Source: Bacteroidota bacterium (GTDB lineage: Bacteria; Bacteroidota; Bacteroidia; Flavobacteriales; Flavobacteriaceae). From it: a stretch of DNA of 56,001 nt. Every line of letters starts with the position of its first letter. Position 1 is the first letter of the stretch. Below are positions 8,918-19,618 of this stretch, piece by piece. Position numbers and translations under genes: made by a program. The stretch covers positions 1 to 56,001 of the forward strand of contig JAEYZX010000131.1 in NCBI GenBank assembly GCA_023427845.1, in the 5' to 3' direction. Under the pieces are notes generated by a model. That model was not told the DNA's origin and ran no database searches. It worked only from the letters and a program-made list of their open reading frames with translations.

Positions 8918-11884
8918 TTACTCTTTAATTACTTTTATTGATTTTGTATCATTTCCGGCAGAAACCTTAACGATATAGGCACCAGAGGCCAATTGTGACA
9001 TATCAACCTGTCCATCAGGAGCATTCATTGCTTTTACCATGACTTTCTGACCCAAAAGGTTGAATATCGCAACTTCAGTGATATTTTCCGAATACGAGAA
9101 TTTCAACACATCCTTAACAGGGTTTGGATAAACAGCTAATTCTGTTCTGTCGAAATTATCTGCCGATAAGGTATTCGTGCCTACACGTAGACAGAAAGTT
9201 CCTGTATTTGCAGACGAATATCCGGAAACTCGCACATAATAAGTTTCACCGCCGTTCACAGCCGCATCGGTAATAAGTGAATTCCAGCTGAAACCGTTGC
9301 TCAAAACTGTCGTTCCATCATCTTGTGAACATGCCATTTCAACCAGACTACCGCAAGCACCCGAGTACAATGCGATTTCGGTATCGACAAGTGTTCCACC
9401 CAGGAAGTCGGTTGAAACATCTACCGATGCCATGTTTTCCGGAGTTGTGAATACGAACCACACATCGTTCGCACCGTAATTGAAACAATCGGCCAGGCCA
9501 ATTCCTGAATCTGTTGCGCTAACGTTCGTTCCGTTATTATTTGTTCCATCACAAAAATTTGAATCTATTTCAAGCGTAATCGCTCCTTCACACTCGTCGT
9601 TGGCAGGTGGTGCCGGTGGAGTCCCGATGCAAATATTAAATGTCTGGTTAGAGGTTGCGAAGTAACTATATACCCGAACATAGTAGGTATTCCCGACTGT
9701 TAGTCCGCTTACGGTCGATGAGTCGGCGTCGCTGCATAACAGCGAGGTCTCCGAACCACATGCACCTGAAAGCACCTGGAAATACATATCTGTACTAGTG
9801 CCAAATACCGCGTTAACATTCGTAAGTGATACGACATGTGATGCACTTGTTGCCACAAAACTATACCAAACATCGTCATCAGGATTACCGAAACAAGGCG
9901 CAGCATCCATAGAAAGAGTGGCTCCAAAAGTTGTACCAGCGGTAATGGTTCCACAATTCAAATCTGAGTTTACAACCAGGTTCAATGCTCCAGAGCAGTC
10001 ATCGTTTGCAGGAATTGGGGGTGCGTTTACAATCAGCACACCGCTAACTTCCGTAGTACCGTTCCAAAATCCGCCATCAAAACCACCATAAACGTAGCCA
10101 CCTGTATTCAATCTGAATCTGGTTGCATAATAGTAAGTTCCCGGAGCCAGGTTGGCTCCAATTGTTGCCTGATACTCGTCGTTGTTTCCAATGTGAGCTG
10201 CATTGTGTGTAGCGACTGTCCAATTTGTCCAAGTTGAAGGGTCGGTATTCTGTCCTTCCGGGCTGATTCCAACCCACGCCTGAATACCAGGTGCCTGACC
10301 ATCAATATTTGGCGCCACATCCGTTAAACCTGCTTCATAAACCTGTCCGAATACCGTGCCTGATTCGCCTTGCGAAATTGTAAGTGTTTCCGGCCATTGC
10401 AGGTTTGCAAAATCAGGAGCGTCGGTTGCAGGAAGACCACAAACAATTATTCTCGATCTTGAAACGTTTTCGTAGTTACATTGGTCATCGTTGTGTGTAT
10501 AGAACCTTATCTGTCCTGTCAACGTAGATTCCCACGTTAGGGGTGAAACAGCTGCTGCATAAGAAGTAGTACCTGCTGCATCACTGATGGTAATAAAATC
10601 CGTAGCAATACTACTTGAGAAAGTATAGGTTTGTCCAGCAGTAACATTAATCAGCGAGTATTCGCCTGTCCATCCAGCAGTAGTTACAACGTTTTCAAAG
10701 ATGCCATCGCAGGTTGCTGGAGTATATCCTGCTGCCGCAGAAGGATATTGACCGTTAGGTGCGTCAAGGCAATATCCCGGCGCCGGTTCGGTCGTAAAGT
10801 GCCACTCAATACATCCTATTGCATCTCCGGACACGTTTACAGGAACAATCATCCAGTAGAAATCGGTGTTATACCCGGTAAGCGTAATTTCGGCGGTAGT
10901 TGTCGGAAAGTTAGCAACGAATATGTTAGCCTCGCCGGGAGTCAATCCGTAATACATATCAAATGAAACGGCAGGATCTCCCGTTGTTGGCGCAGTCCAT
11001 GAGAACGTCACATCGCCGACAGGTACATTGGTGGCTCCGTCTGCCGGGGTTGGATCAGATGCGCAACCAGGCAGCTGCGTTGTATTGAATGCAAAAGGAC
11101 CTGCCCAGGAGCTGAAAACATCTGGCGTACATTCATTTCTAACATAAAATTCATACGCTGTCATAGCTAAAAGGCCAGTCGCTTCATAAGCTGTGGCACC
11201 TGTAAATGTCTCTCCGGTACCCGGTGCGGTTGCCGGTGTACCAGTGCCTGCTTCCTGAACCACGATTTCACCTTCGGTTACTGCCGAGGTCCAAGTCAAA
11301 TCGGCTGTTGTTGATGATGTAACGTTTGCCATACCGTTTGATGGAGCTACACAGGTTGGGATCACGACCATAACTGAATAATCTTCAACCTGCCCAAACA
11401 AAGCACTTGATGTATTACACGAGTCGGCATAACCAGCATATGCTTTTACAACTCGCATCCTGGTACTGCCGGCCAGTGCCGATGCTGGCACCGTTATCGT
11501 GCCGTTAAGCTGTATAGCGTCCAAACCCGTTGAATTTACGATTGTTCCCAGATCATAGCTTTCTCCGGCATCAAGGAAATCATTATCCTGATTCCAGTCA
11601 AAATAGGCCCTGATATAATTTGTCCAGTTACCACCGGTATTTCCTTTAATGGTAATCGGATATGATGCGTCTGTATCAACGTTTGCAACAATTGTAGTAA
11701 AATCTTCGTGGGGAATACCCGTAGTTGCCGCCGGTGACGGATTATTGATGCCGGCAAAATTCACCAATGTGATTGGCTCCACATAAGTAAAAGGTGTGGG
11801 CGAACAATAGGGATTCGGAAACTGACCGTAACTTTGCACGGTAAAAGCGAGCAGCGCTACAAGTAGAAAAGTAAATTTTTTCAT
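8918..11884 (-). CDS. Secreted multidomain protein: signal peptide, GEVED, FN3-like, two PAND(D/E)C repeats, T9SS type A CTD
   Basis: FDWNQDNDF...GSTRMRV...GQVEDY (GEVED); YEFYVR FN3-like; C-terminal VYPNPVKD...KVIKE. Confidence 0.9.
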   Translation of the reverse strand: MKKFTFLLVALLAFTVQSYGQFPNPYCSPTPFTYVEPITLVNFAGINNPSPAATTGIPHEDFTTIVANVDTDASYPITIKGNTGGNWTNYIRAYFDWNQDNDFLDAGESYDLGTIVNSTGLDAIQLNGTITVPASALAGSTRMRVVKAYAGYADSCNTSSALFGQVEDYSVMVVIPTCVAPSNGMANVTSSTTADLTWTSAVTEGEIVVQEAGTGTPATAPGTGETFTGATAYEATGLLAMTAYEFYVRNECTPDVFSSWAGPFAFNTTQLPGCASDPTPADGATNVPVGDVTFSWTAPTTGDPAVSFDMYYGLTPGEANIFVANFPTTTAEITLTGYNTDFYWMIVPVNVSGDAIGCIEWHFTTEPAPGYCLDAPNGQYPSAAAGYTPATCDGIFENVVTTAGWTGEYSLINVTAGQTYTFSSSIATDFITISDAAGTTSYAAAVSPLTWESTLTGQIRFYTHNDDQCNYENVSRSRIIVCGLPATDAPDFANLQWPETLTISQGESGTVFGQVYEAGLTDVAPNIDGQAPGIQAWVGISPEGQNTDPSTWTNWTVATHNAAHIGNNDEYQATIGANLAPGTYYYATRFRLNTGGYVYGGFDGGFWNGTTEVSGVLIVNAPPIPANDDCSGALNLVVNSDLNCGTITAGTTFGATLSMDAAPCFGNPDDDVWYSFVATSASHVVSLTNVNAVFGTSTDMYFQVLSGACGSETSLLCSDADSSTVSGLTVGNTYYVRVYSYFATSNQTFNICIGTPPAPPANDECEGAITLEIDSNFCDGTNNNGTNVSATDSGIGLADCFNYGANDVWFVFTTPENMASVDVSTDFLGGTLVDTEIALYSGACGSLVEMACSQDDGTTVLSNGFSWNSLITDAAVNGGETYYVRVSGYSSANTGTFCLRVGTNTLSADNFDRTELAVYPNPVKDVLKFSYSENITEVAIFNLLGQKVMVKAMNAPDGQVDMSQLASGAYIVKVSAGNDTKSIKVIKE

Positions 11885-12074
11885 AAATATGAGTTTAAGT
11901 TAAATTTTTCTAAATGTAGATAAAAATTTTTGTAATATCAACTGTTTTAAATCTTTGTAAAAATTACGATGCATCCTTTGTTATTTATAAGTAAACTTAA
12001 AATATATCTAATAAAACCATCATTCACCAGTAAGCGTAAATACTTTCACAATAAATTGCTTTAGAACTTGGGAT

Positions 12075-12110
12075 AAAAAAAAGAGCCAATCAAATTGATT
12101 GGCCCTTTCC
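12075..12110 (-). terminator. Intrinsic terminator after the 1426-aa T9SS protein
   Basis: GCCAATCAA/TTGATTGGC stem flanked by an A8 run (T8 on minus strand). Confidence 0.85.
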
Positions 12111-12128
12111 TTATAAAATTAAGAATAT

Positions 12129-15100
12129 TTATTTCTTAATTACTTTAAATTCACCCGAAGTGTTCTCCATAGTAACTTTGACAATATAGAACGCAGCAGG
12201 CATACCTGCCATATCAACCCGAACTTCATTATCGTCATTGCTCATCTGTTTAACCAATCTTCCAGCGATATCATACAGCTGAATGCCTGTAATAGTCTCT
12301 GAATGTTTAATTGTTAAAACATCGCTTACCGGGTTTGGATAGTAACCCAAATTCGCATAATCAAAAGCGTTATTTGACAATGTGGATACATCAAAGCATT
12401 CACTTGTCACCTCGCAACCATTTAATGTTACGATAACGGCATAGCTGCCCACTTCAGTTGCAGTATACGACTGACCCGTTGCACCATCAATTGGAGTCGA
12501 CGATCCGTCGCAGACAATCCACTGATATGTTGCATTTTCTTCACTAACGGTCAATGTGTTAACATCACGCGTAATGGTTGCCGTTGGCAATGCATTTACT
12601 GCCACCACAACCAGGGTCCTTATGCTTTCGCATCCGTTCAGCGTTTGTGATACATAATAATCGCCTGTTTCAAGCGGATCTGTATCAGACAATGCCGTCC
12701 CACCGGTCAAATCGTTGTACCATTGCAAATCGGTTCCTACAGCTTCCAAATCAAGTACTGTTGCATCTCCACAAAATAGTTGTGCATCCGCAGTAGGGGC
12801 AGCAGTAGCTTCGGTAGTCGTTATCGTTGTTTCGCCACTCGTGCTGCAGCCTGTTGATGGCGCCGTTGCAGTTGCGGTATATGTCTGTGAACCGACAGTT
12901 TCCGATTTTACGTAAACAGTTGAAGCAGGTGTACCCGTATACGGAACCGTTGCTGCAGCATCTGTGTATAGATCAGTCGTTGGAGACCAAACGATGTCGG
13001 TTGCCACAGAGGAGTTAAAGTCAAATGTTGTATTCAATCTTTTTAAAGACAACGTTCCTGCTGGATTTGACGCAGCGTACGCATCTGAACTCACAAATGA
13101 TGATGATGTTCTTGCCGTAACAGTTTGATTTGTCGCTGTTGCCGTATAATAGGTTGATGAATTATTTGTTGAATCAGCACCCGTACTTCTAATATCTAAA
13201 ATGATGTTAGATGTACCGTCCCAAACATACTCAGTATCGAACTCTATTGAATTGACTCCCAAAGTCTGCGAATATGTTGCAGCGCTAAATACCTCGGTCA
13301 AACCTGTCGGAATAAAACCTGTAAGTACATCTGCTGTGGTAGGTCCGAGCTTTACCCTGTAATCCGACACAAAAGTCGCAGATCCAATAGTAGTAATATT
13401 GAATTTAATTCCGGTGATGCTTCCGGCTTGGATACCCGCCGCATTCAATTCCTCCTGCGTGAAGACCATCTGCATCCAATAATGCTCGTATCTGTTGTTA
13501 AAAGCTGTCGGTTCTATACCATTCTGAACTGTAACGGTAGTATCCGTTCCGATTGTAATTGAGCCGCTTGAACCAATGGTCCCACCATTTGCAGTCAATG
13601 CCTGAACTTCACCTGCGCAAACAGTTGCGCTATCAGTCACAATGGTTAATGCAGACGGTACCTCGTTTACGTTTACGGTGTAGGTTACCTCAGCAGTACA
13701 TAATTGTCCGGCCGATTGCGAAGCAGATAAAGTATACGTAGTGGTTTCAATTGGATCGAAAACAAAACCTGAGGCCGCATCACCTGTTACGCCTGTAGCT
13801 GGCGACCATATATAAGTATCATAATCCGATGCACCTGCTGTGATTGTTACAACCTCTGTTCCGGATCCTGCACAAATACTTGCTGAAGTACCGCTTAACG
13901 TTAATGCCGGTGGCGTATCAACGGTCGCGGTAACGGCAGTCCTGTCGGAAGTACAGCCAGTAACAACCTGGATATCATAGAAATAATAATAAGTAGCAGA
14001 AGTTCCTGATATATAACCATCGGTTACGGAAACGTTAGTGGAAGTATATGGGAATGTATTTCCTGAACTATCCCTAATTAAACCTGTAATTCCAGTATAT
14101 GCTTTTAATAGTAATCGATACCCGGTTCCAATCGGAACTTGAAAATTCAACGGCACACTGACTGGTGTAGAAATACCCGAACCTGTAACAGGAATTGCTT
14201 CAGTCGCCATCAACTCTACTCCAGTATTGTCATACAATCCGATAGTAACTGTACCAGTACCCGTTGGGTAAATAGTAGTTGAGGCAAGGGTTAGCGGAGA
14301 ATTGGCAGTAAAAACTATACCAGTACTGTTTCCAATGTAAGAACCGCTTGCGCCAGTTGACGAAGGTTTCCCTGCCGATTCTGTTGAACCGCCTATATTG
14401 GCGGAAACATAAAATACAGTTGTGTTAGAAATTTCAGGTGTCGTAAAAGTTTCGCCGAAACCGATAGATTCCCCTCCAGTAGCTTCAGCATACCATTCCA
14501 ATGATGCGCCGGTCGAAGCCGTAGCAGCTAATTCAACTGAACCGATTCCGCAACGGCTACCTGCCGTAGTGCTTAGTACCTCAGGATTGTTAACTTCAAG
14601 TTCAATTGTGTTCGAAGTTGCAGATAAACCACTGTTTGTACAAGTAGTTTCAAAATAATAGCTTTCCGATGCAGTCAATACAGGTGTAGTTAAGGTTGTC
14701 CCGGTTTCTCCTGCAATTGCCCCTGCACTGTTATACCATTGATACGTAAAACCTGAATCGAATGAAGTTGCAGGCGTAGCGGTTAAAACTGCCGAACCGG
14801 AAATACAGATGCTAGGAACTGAAGAAATAATCGTTGCCGCTCCAGGAGTTCCGGAACAAGCGTCTTGTGCCAAAACTGTAATTTTATAATCTTCGGTTTC
14901 CGTTCTCGCATTTGCGGTCATACACGGGTTTGACGGAACTGAACTATTCCAATCCACCATTACGCGCATTCTGTAATCTCCAACCGGAGTTCCCGCAGGA
15001 ACTTCAATAGAACCTGAAAATGGACCGGATGAATAACCGGTCGTTACAAAAACGCGCTCTGCTATTTCAAATGTTCCGTTTAAATTCCAGTCTACCCAAA

Positions 15101-16409
15101 TGGCAGCACCAAGGGTTCCACCAACTACAGTCATGTCAAATTCGAAAGAAGCAGTAGGAATTGAAGTTACAGCTGTGGATGCATAATTATCCTGATATCC
15201 GCCAGTTGTATAGCCCGATGAAGTATTTGAAATATTCGTCGACCCCAAGCTTGTTGAGAAATTATCGATATACGTAGATGATGAAGTTGAAGAAGGCACA
15301 CAATACACGACAGATGAACCTGTTGTAAATGAACGTTCGATACATCCGATAGCTTCACCGGTAACGTTTTTTGGAACGACTTTCCAGTAATAGGTAGTAT
15401 TTGCGTCCAGCAACTCAGGAACGTAAGAAGTCCCGGCCTGGTTTCCAACAAGCGCAGGATTTGCCGATGATCCAAAATAAACATCATAACTGGTAGCATT
15501 TGCATCTCCCGCCGTCCAGGTCAGGGTTGGGTTACGTTCTATGTCGGTGGCTAAATCAGCAGGAACAAAGGCCGTAGCACAACTTGGAAGTGGTGGTACA
15601 CCGGGAGTCCATGTATAGGTCAAGCCCGATGTTGGACCGACATTGCCACTAAATGTAGCAACACTACTTGCGGTAATTCCTGAGGTAATAACATTCGGAG
15701 AATTCCAGTTCCCTGCTGCCCCAACTGTTATTGCACTATAGAATCCTGCCGCACTCTTTATACCGACTTGTGGTTGATACGATGTGGAAGTGTCGTAAGG
15801 GGGCGTACCATCGTAAACAAATTTTATAACACCTGTTACGGTATTCAACCTTGCCTGAAAATTAATGGTTTCAGTTCTGCCGTAGCGCTTAAAATTGGTC
15901 CACTGCACGATAAGTTCATCGCCTATTGTTTCATATCTGATTTCAGAAACACCGGTGTTGTCGTCCAAGTCTCCACTTAAAGGAGCTATGAAAACATTCC
16001 CACCCGTTGACGACGACAATACGGTATTAGTATAAGCTGAAGGTGCTGTACTTCCTAATGCTATACGTCCATTTGCAGAAACGTACATCGCAGTATACTC
16101 CGTTCCGGCAAAAGTAAATCCCGGAATAGTTATACTTTCTGAGAGATAAGAATCTAAATTCGGAGCTCCGTCGGTTGAAGTTGTTACAACCGTACCGCCG
16201 GTAATCGGGGAATACGTTTCATTGCTCTGGGCAAAAGTATAGAACGAGGCTTGCGCAGAAATTTCCGGAATAAGAAATAACGTAAAAAACAAGCTAAAGA
16301 CGAAGCTCGATTTCCATACACTTCGTAGGGCGAAAAAATTCGTCGACCCGATAGGGTTTGTAGGCAGCTTTTGGCCATGCCAACTTAAATTGTGGTAATT
16401 TTTCATCAT
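12129..16409 (-). CDS. Large secreted protein: signal peptide, FN3-like, GEVED, Ig-like repeats, T9SS type A CTD
   Basis: WVDWNLNGTF...GDYRMRV...ETEDY; LEWY/LQWY...GGT Ig-like units; C-terminal YYPNPVSD...KVIKK. Confidence 0.9.
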   Translation of the reverse strand: MMKNYHNLSWHGQKLPTNPIGSTNFFALRSVWKSSFVFSLFFTLFLIPEISAQASFYTFAQSNETYSPITGGTVVTTSTDGAPNLDSYLSESITIPGFTFAGTEYTAMYVSANGRIALGSTAPSAYTNTVLSSSTGGNVFIAPLSGDLDDNTGVSEIRYETIGDELIVQWTNFKRYGRTETINFQARLNTVTGVIKFVYDGTPPYDTSTSYQPQVGIKSAAGFYSAITVGAAGNWNSPNVITSGITASSVATFSGNVGPTSGLTYTWTPGVPPLPSCATAFVPADLATDIERNPTLTWTAGDANATSYDVYFGSSANPALVGNQAGTSYVPELLDANTTYYWKVVPKNVTGEAIGCIERSFTTGSSVVYCVPSSTSSSTYIDNFSTSLGSTNISNTSSGYTTGGYQDNYASTAVTSIPTASFEFDMTVVGGTLGAAIWVDWNLNGTFEIAERVFVTTGYSSGPFSGSIEVPAGTPVGDYRMRVMVDWNSSVPSNPCMTANARTETEDYKITVLAQDACSGTPGAATIISSVPSICISGSAVLTATPATSFDSGFTYQWYNSAGAIAGETGTTLTTPVLTASESYYFETTCTNSGLSATSNTIELEVNNPEVLSTTAGSRCGIGSVELAATASTGASLEWYAEATGGESIGFGETFTTPEISNTTVFYVSANIGGSTESAGKPSSTGASGSYIGNSTGIVFTANSPLTLASTTIYPTGTGTVTIGLYDNTGVELMATEAIPVTGSGISTPVSVPLNFQVPIGTGYRLLLKAYTGITGLIRDSSGNTFPYTSTNVSVTDGYISGTSATYYYFYDIQVVTGCTSDRTAVTATVDTPPALTLSGTSASICAGSGTEVVTITAGASDYDTYIWSPATGVTGDAASGFVFDPIETTTYTLSASQSAGQLCTAEVTYTVNVNEVPSALTIVTDSATVCAGEVQALTANGGTIGSSGSITIGTDTTVTVQNGIEPTAFNNRYEHYWMQMVFTQEELNAAGIQAGSITGIKFNITTIGSATFVSDYRVKLGPTTADVLTGFIPTGLTEVFSAATYSQTLGVNSIEFDTEYVWDGTSNIILDIRSTGADSTNNSSTYYTATATNQTVTARTSSSFVSSDAYAASNPAGTLSLKRLNTTFDFNSSVATDIVWSPTTDLYTDAAATVPYTGTPASTVYVKSETVGSQTYTATATAPSTGCSTSGETTITTTEATAAPTADAQLFCGDATVLDLEAVGTDLQWYNDLTGGTALSDTDPLETGDYYVSQTLNGCESIRTLVVVAVNALPTATITRDVNTLTVSEENATYQWIVCDGSSTPIDGATGQSYTATEVGSYAVIVTLNGCEVTSECFDVSTLSNNAFDYANLGYYPNPVSDVLTIKHSETITGIQLYDIAGRLVKQMSNDDNEVRVDMAGMPAAFYIVKVTMENTSGEFKVIKK

Positions 16410-16439
16410 AATTGTTAATAAATTTAAAAAACATTCTTA

Positions 16440-16447
16440 CAAATCTA
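16440..16447 (-). promoter_or_regulatory. -7 box (TAGATTTG) for the 1426-aa T9SS gene
   Basis: CAAATCTA on plus strand, 30 bp upstream of start. Confidence 0.5.
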
Positions 16448-16645
16448 ATTATTATTCGGTGGTTTCCAACCCGTGTTTTGAAAATAAGTTAGGATTTGTG
16501 AAATTTATGCTTAAAAGTCGCAAAAAACTATTCGGGTTTCATTAAGAACATAATCTTCCGCATTGCCTGCAAATTCGTATGAGAGGAATTCATTGAACTG
16601 CTCAGAAGTCTGTATGATTTCTCTTACGTTGTGCATAATTTCAAT

Positions 16646-16673
16646 AAAAAAACCCGGACAGATATCCGGGTTT
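16646..16673 (-). terminator. Intrinsic terminator after fabV
   Basis: AAACCCGGA-N6-TCCGGGTTT with T-run on minus strand. Confidence 0.85.
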
Positions 16674-16692
16674 AAAATTTTTCGATCGTGCT

Positions 16693-17886
16693 CTACTGTC
16701 CTAAGCTAGGCACATGCACCACTTCATTCGTGTCGGCCTTATAGTCGACATCTTCAAAATCAAATCCGAATAATTGATAGAAATCTTTCCGATAACCTTC
16801 AAGATCGCCAATCTCCGATAAATTTTCAGTAGTCGCTTCTTGCCATAATTTTGCCACTTGTTCCTGAACATCGTCGCGCATTTCCCAATCGTCAATCCTT
16901 ATTCGTCCTTTCTCATCGGTAGCGATTTCATTTCCGGTATAAAGACGCTGCTGATACAGACGCTGGATCTGCTCGATCGTTCCTTCATGAAGATTTTTCT
17001 GCTTCATGATCTTGTACAGTAACGAAATGTAAAGCGGAATCACCGGTATTGCCGAACTTGCCTGCGTGACCAAAGCTTTGTTGACCGAGACGAATGCTTT
17101 GCCTCCAATGTCTTTCAGGCTGTCGGTAATTGAAAAAGCGGTAGCTTCCAGATGATCTTTCGCACGGCCTATCGTTCCTTTCCGATAAACCGGCTCTGTG
17201 AGTGAAGGCCCTATATACGAATAGGCAACCGTCATTGCCCCAGGTGCCAATAAACCTTCGGATTTAAGCGCTGAGATCCACATTGACCAATCCTCGCCTC
17301 CCATCACGGCAACTGTGTTTTCAATATCTTCATCCTTTGCGGGCTCGATTGATACCTCCGATACTTTTCCGGTATGGAAATCGACCGTCTTGTTTGTAAA
17401 GGTGTTTCCAATCGGCTTCAATACCGAACGATGCGTTACTCCGGTTTTCGGATTTGTCCGCACCGGTGATGCCAGGCTATAAATCACCAAATCCACTTGA
17501 CCTAGATCTTTTTTTATCAAATCAATTGTCTGCTGTTTGATTTCATCTGAAAATGCATCCCCATTGATGCTTTTTGCGTACAATCCTTCTTCAGCGGCAA
17601 ATTTTTCAAATGCGGCCGAATTGTACCATCCCGGCGAAGCAGTTTTCCCTTCACTTGGCGGTTTTTCGAAGAAGACTCCAATCGTACCCGCGCCCGAACC
17701 GAATGCACTCGTAATTCTCGAAGCCAGTCCAAATCCGGTCGACGCACCTATTACCAGCACTTTTTTTGCGCCGTCAATTGCGCCTTTCGACCTGACATAT
17801 TCAATTTGCTTTTTGACATTTTGCGCCGCGCCATCAGGATGAGCCGTTAAACAGATAAATCCGCGCATTCTAGGTTCTATGATCAT
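16693..17886 (-). CDS. fabV: Enoyl-ACP reductase FabV (trans-2-enoyl-CoA reductase family)
   Basis: MIIEPRMRGFICLTAHPDG, GASTGFGLASRI, VMGGEDW, YRKGTIGRAK. Confidence 0.96.
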   Translation of the reverse strand: MIIEPRMRGFICLTAHPDGAAQNVKKQIEYVRSKGAIDGAKKVLVIGASTGFGLASRITSAFGSGAGTIGVFFEKPPSEGKTASPGWYNSAAFEKFAAEEGLYAKSINGDAFSDEIKQQTIDLIKKDLGQVDLVIYSLASPVRTNPKTGVTHRSVLKPIGNTFTNKTVDFHTGKVSEVSIEPAKDEDIENTVAVMGGEDWSMWISALKSEGLLAPGAMTVAYSYIGPSLTEPVYRKGTIGRAKDHLEATAFSITDSLKDIGGKAFVSVNKALVTQASSAIPVIPLYISLLYKIMKQKNLHEGTIEQIQRLYQQRLYTGNEIATDEKGRIRIDDWEMRDDVQEQVAKLWQEATTENLSEIGDLEGYRKDFYQLFGFDFEDVDYKADTNEVVHVPSLGQ

Positions 17887-17943
17887 AAAAATTGATTTTA
17901 TACTTTAAAGGGAAGAATTAACACACAAATATAGCCTGAAATT

Positions 17944-19596
17944 TTAGTTCAACAAGGCTTTTGCATGATTTATGGCCGAGTCCGAAATATCCTTTCCAGA
18001 CAGCATTTGCGCGATTTCCGTAATACGTTGATCGTTTGACAATCTGTCGAGTTTTGTATACGTTTGATTGTCAGCAATGGTCTTATAAACTTTATAATGC
18101 GCAAGTCCTTTGGCAGCAATTTGAGGAAGATGCGTTATAGCCAAAACCTGCATTTGATTGCTCATCGATTTCATGATCTCGCCCATTTTATCGGCGATCT
18201 CGCCCGATACACCGGTGTCGATTTCGTCAAAAATTATTGTCGGTAATTTCGAATATTTTGCAAGGATTGCCTTTACGGCGAGCATGATCCTGGATAACTC
18301 GCCACCTGAAGCGACTTTTTTCAGCAACCCAAAATCGGATCCCTTATTCGCGGCAAACAGGAACTCAAGCGTATCTTTTCCATTATGCAAGTACGAGTTC
18401 CCCTGCTCCACATTTATTTGAAATCGTACATTCGGCATTCCGAGTTGTATGAGAATTTGGGTTAATTGTTGTGTCAGTATAGGAATTGAGGCTTCTCGCT
18501 TTTCGTTAATACCGGCGGCGAGTTTATCAAGATTTTGTGATGATTGTAAAAGCTGATTTTCAAGTGCCTGTATTTCCGATTCGAGCGAATCCTTTGACAT
18601 TACTTTAGTATCCAGGTTTTCCTGTATCTGAAGCAATTCGTCGATTGTGGACACCTGATGCTTTTTCTGCAGGTTATAGATTAACTGAAGTTTTTCATTA
18701 ATCTGCTCAAGCCGCATGGGATCTTGTATAAGACTATCAAAATGGCGGCCGACTTCATCCATCAAATCTGCAAACTCAATGGCTGCGCTTTCGGCCCTTT
18801 CGGAAAGCTCATTGTAGTCGTTTGAAAATTGTGCTATTTTCGACAAAGCGTTCTTGATTTCCCTTATATTTTGCAATACGCCAAACTGCTCCTCGTTTGC
18901 CAGCGCAAGTGATTTCTCGAGGTTTTCCTTAATCAATTCGACATTGTTAAGCTGCTCGTAGGCCGATTCAAGTTCTTCCTGTTCACCAGGCCTTAATCCT
19001 GCAGCCAGCAATTCGTCGAGCAAAAAAGCATGATAATCCTGCTCCTTCATCGCATCATGGAGTTGTTGTTTCAGCGATGTGAGATGTGCCTGTGATTTTT
19101 TATGCTGTCTCAACTGTTCGGAATATTGATTGACCGCTTCTGTATTACCAGCAATCGCATCCAGAATCCGAAACTGAAAATCATCATCCGACAATTCCTG
19201 CGTTTGATGTTGCGAGTGAATGTCGATAAGATAAACGCCCAATTCCTGAAGTTTCTGCAGGTTAACCGGACTGTCATTTACAAATGCCCTCGATTTTCCC
19301 GAAGGAAGAATTTCACGTCGCAAAATTGTTTCGTCGTCATAGTCGAGATCATTTGCTTCAAAAAAGGACTGCAGGTTGTATTGAGAAATTCTGAATTGTG
19401 CTTCGATTATGCATTTCTCGGATTTTGATTTCAGCGATGTCAGGTCGGCCCGCTTTCCCAAAACCAGGCCCAGTGCTCCTAGCAGTATCGATTTACCTGC
19501 GCCGGTTTCTCCTGTAATTATAGAAAATCCATCGGAAAAATCAATCGACAGCTTATCTATCAATGCAAAATTTTCGATGGAAAGTGATGCTATCAT
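17944..19596 (-). CDS. recN: DNA repair protein RecN
   Basis: GETGAGKS, SGGELSR, FDEIDTGVSG, ITHLPQIAA. Confidence 0.97.
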   Translation of the reverse strand: MIASLSIENFALIDKLSIDFSDGFSIITGETGAGKSILLGALGLVLGKRADLTSLKSKSEKCIIEAQFRISQYNLQSFFEANDLDYDDETILRREILPSGKSRAFVNDSPVNLQKLQELGVYLIDIHSQHQTQELSDDDFQFRILDAIAGNTEAVNQYSEQLRQHKKSQAHLTSLKQQLHDAMKEQDYHAFLLDELLAAGLRPGEQEELESAYEQLNNVELIKENLEKSLALANEEQFGVLQNIREIKNALSKIAQFSNDYNELSERAESAAIEFADLMDEVGRHFDSLIQDPMRLEQINEKLQLIYNLQKKHQVSTIDELLQIQENLDTKVMSKDSLESEIQALENQLLQSSQNLDKLAAGINEKREASIPILTQQLTQILIQLGMPNVRFQINVEQGNSYLHNGKDTLEFLFAANKGSDFGLLKKVASGGELSRIMLAVKAILAKYSKLPTIIFDEIDTGVSGEIADKMGEIMKSMSNQMQVLAITHLPQIAAKGLAHYKVYKTIADNQTYTKLDRLSNDQRITEIAQMLSGKDISDSAINHAKALLN

Positions 19597-19618
19597 TTGA
19601 AACTACGGATTGAAGGTG

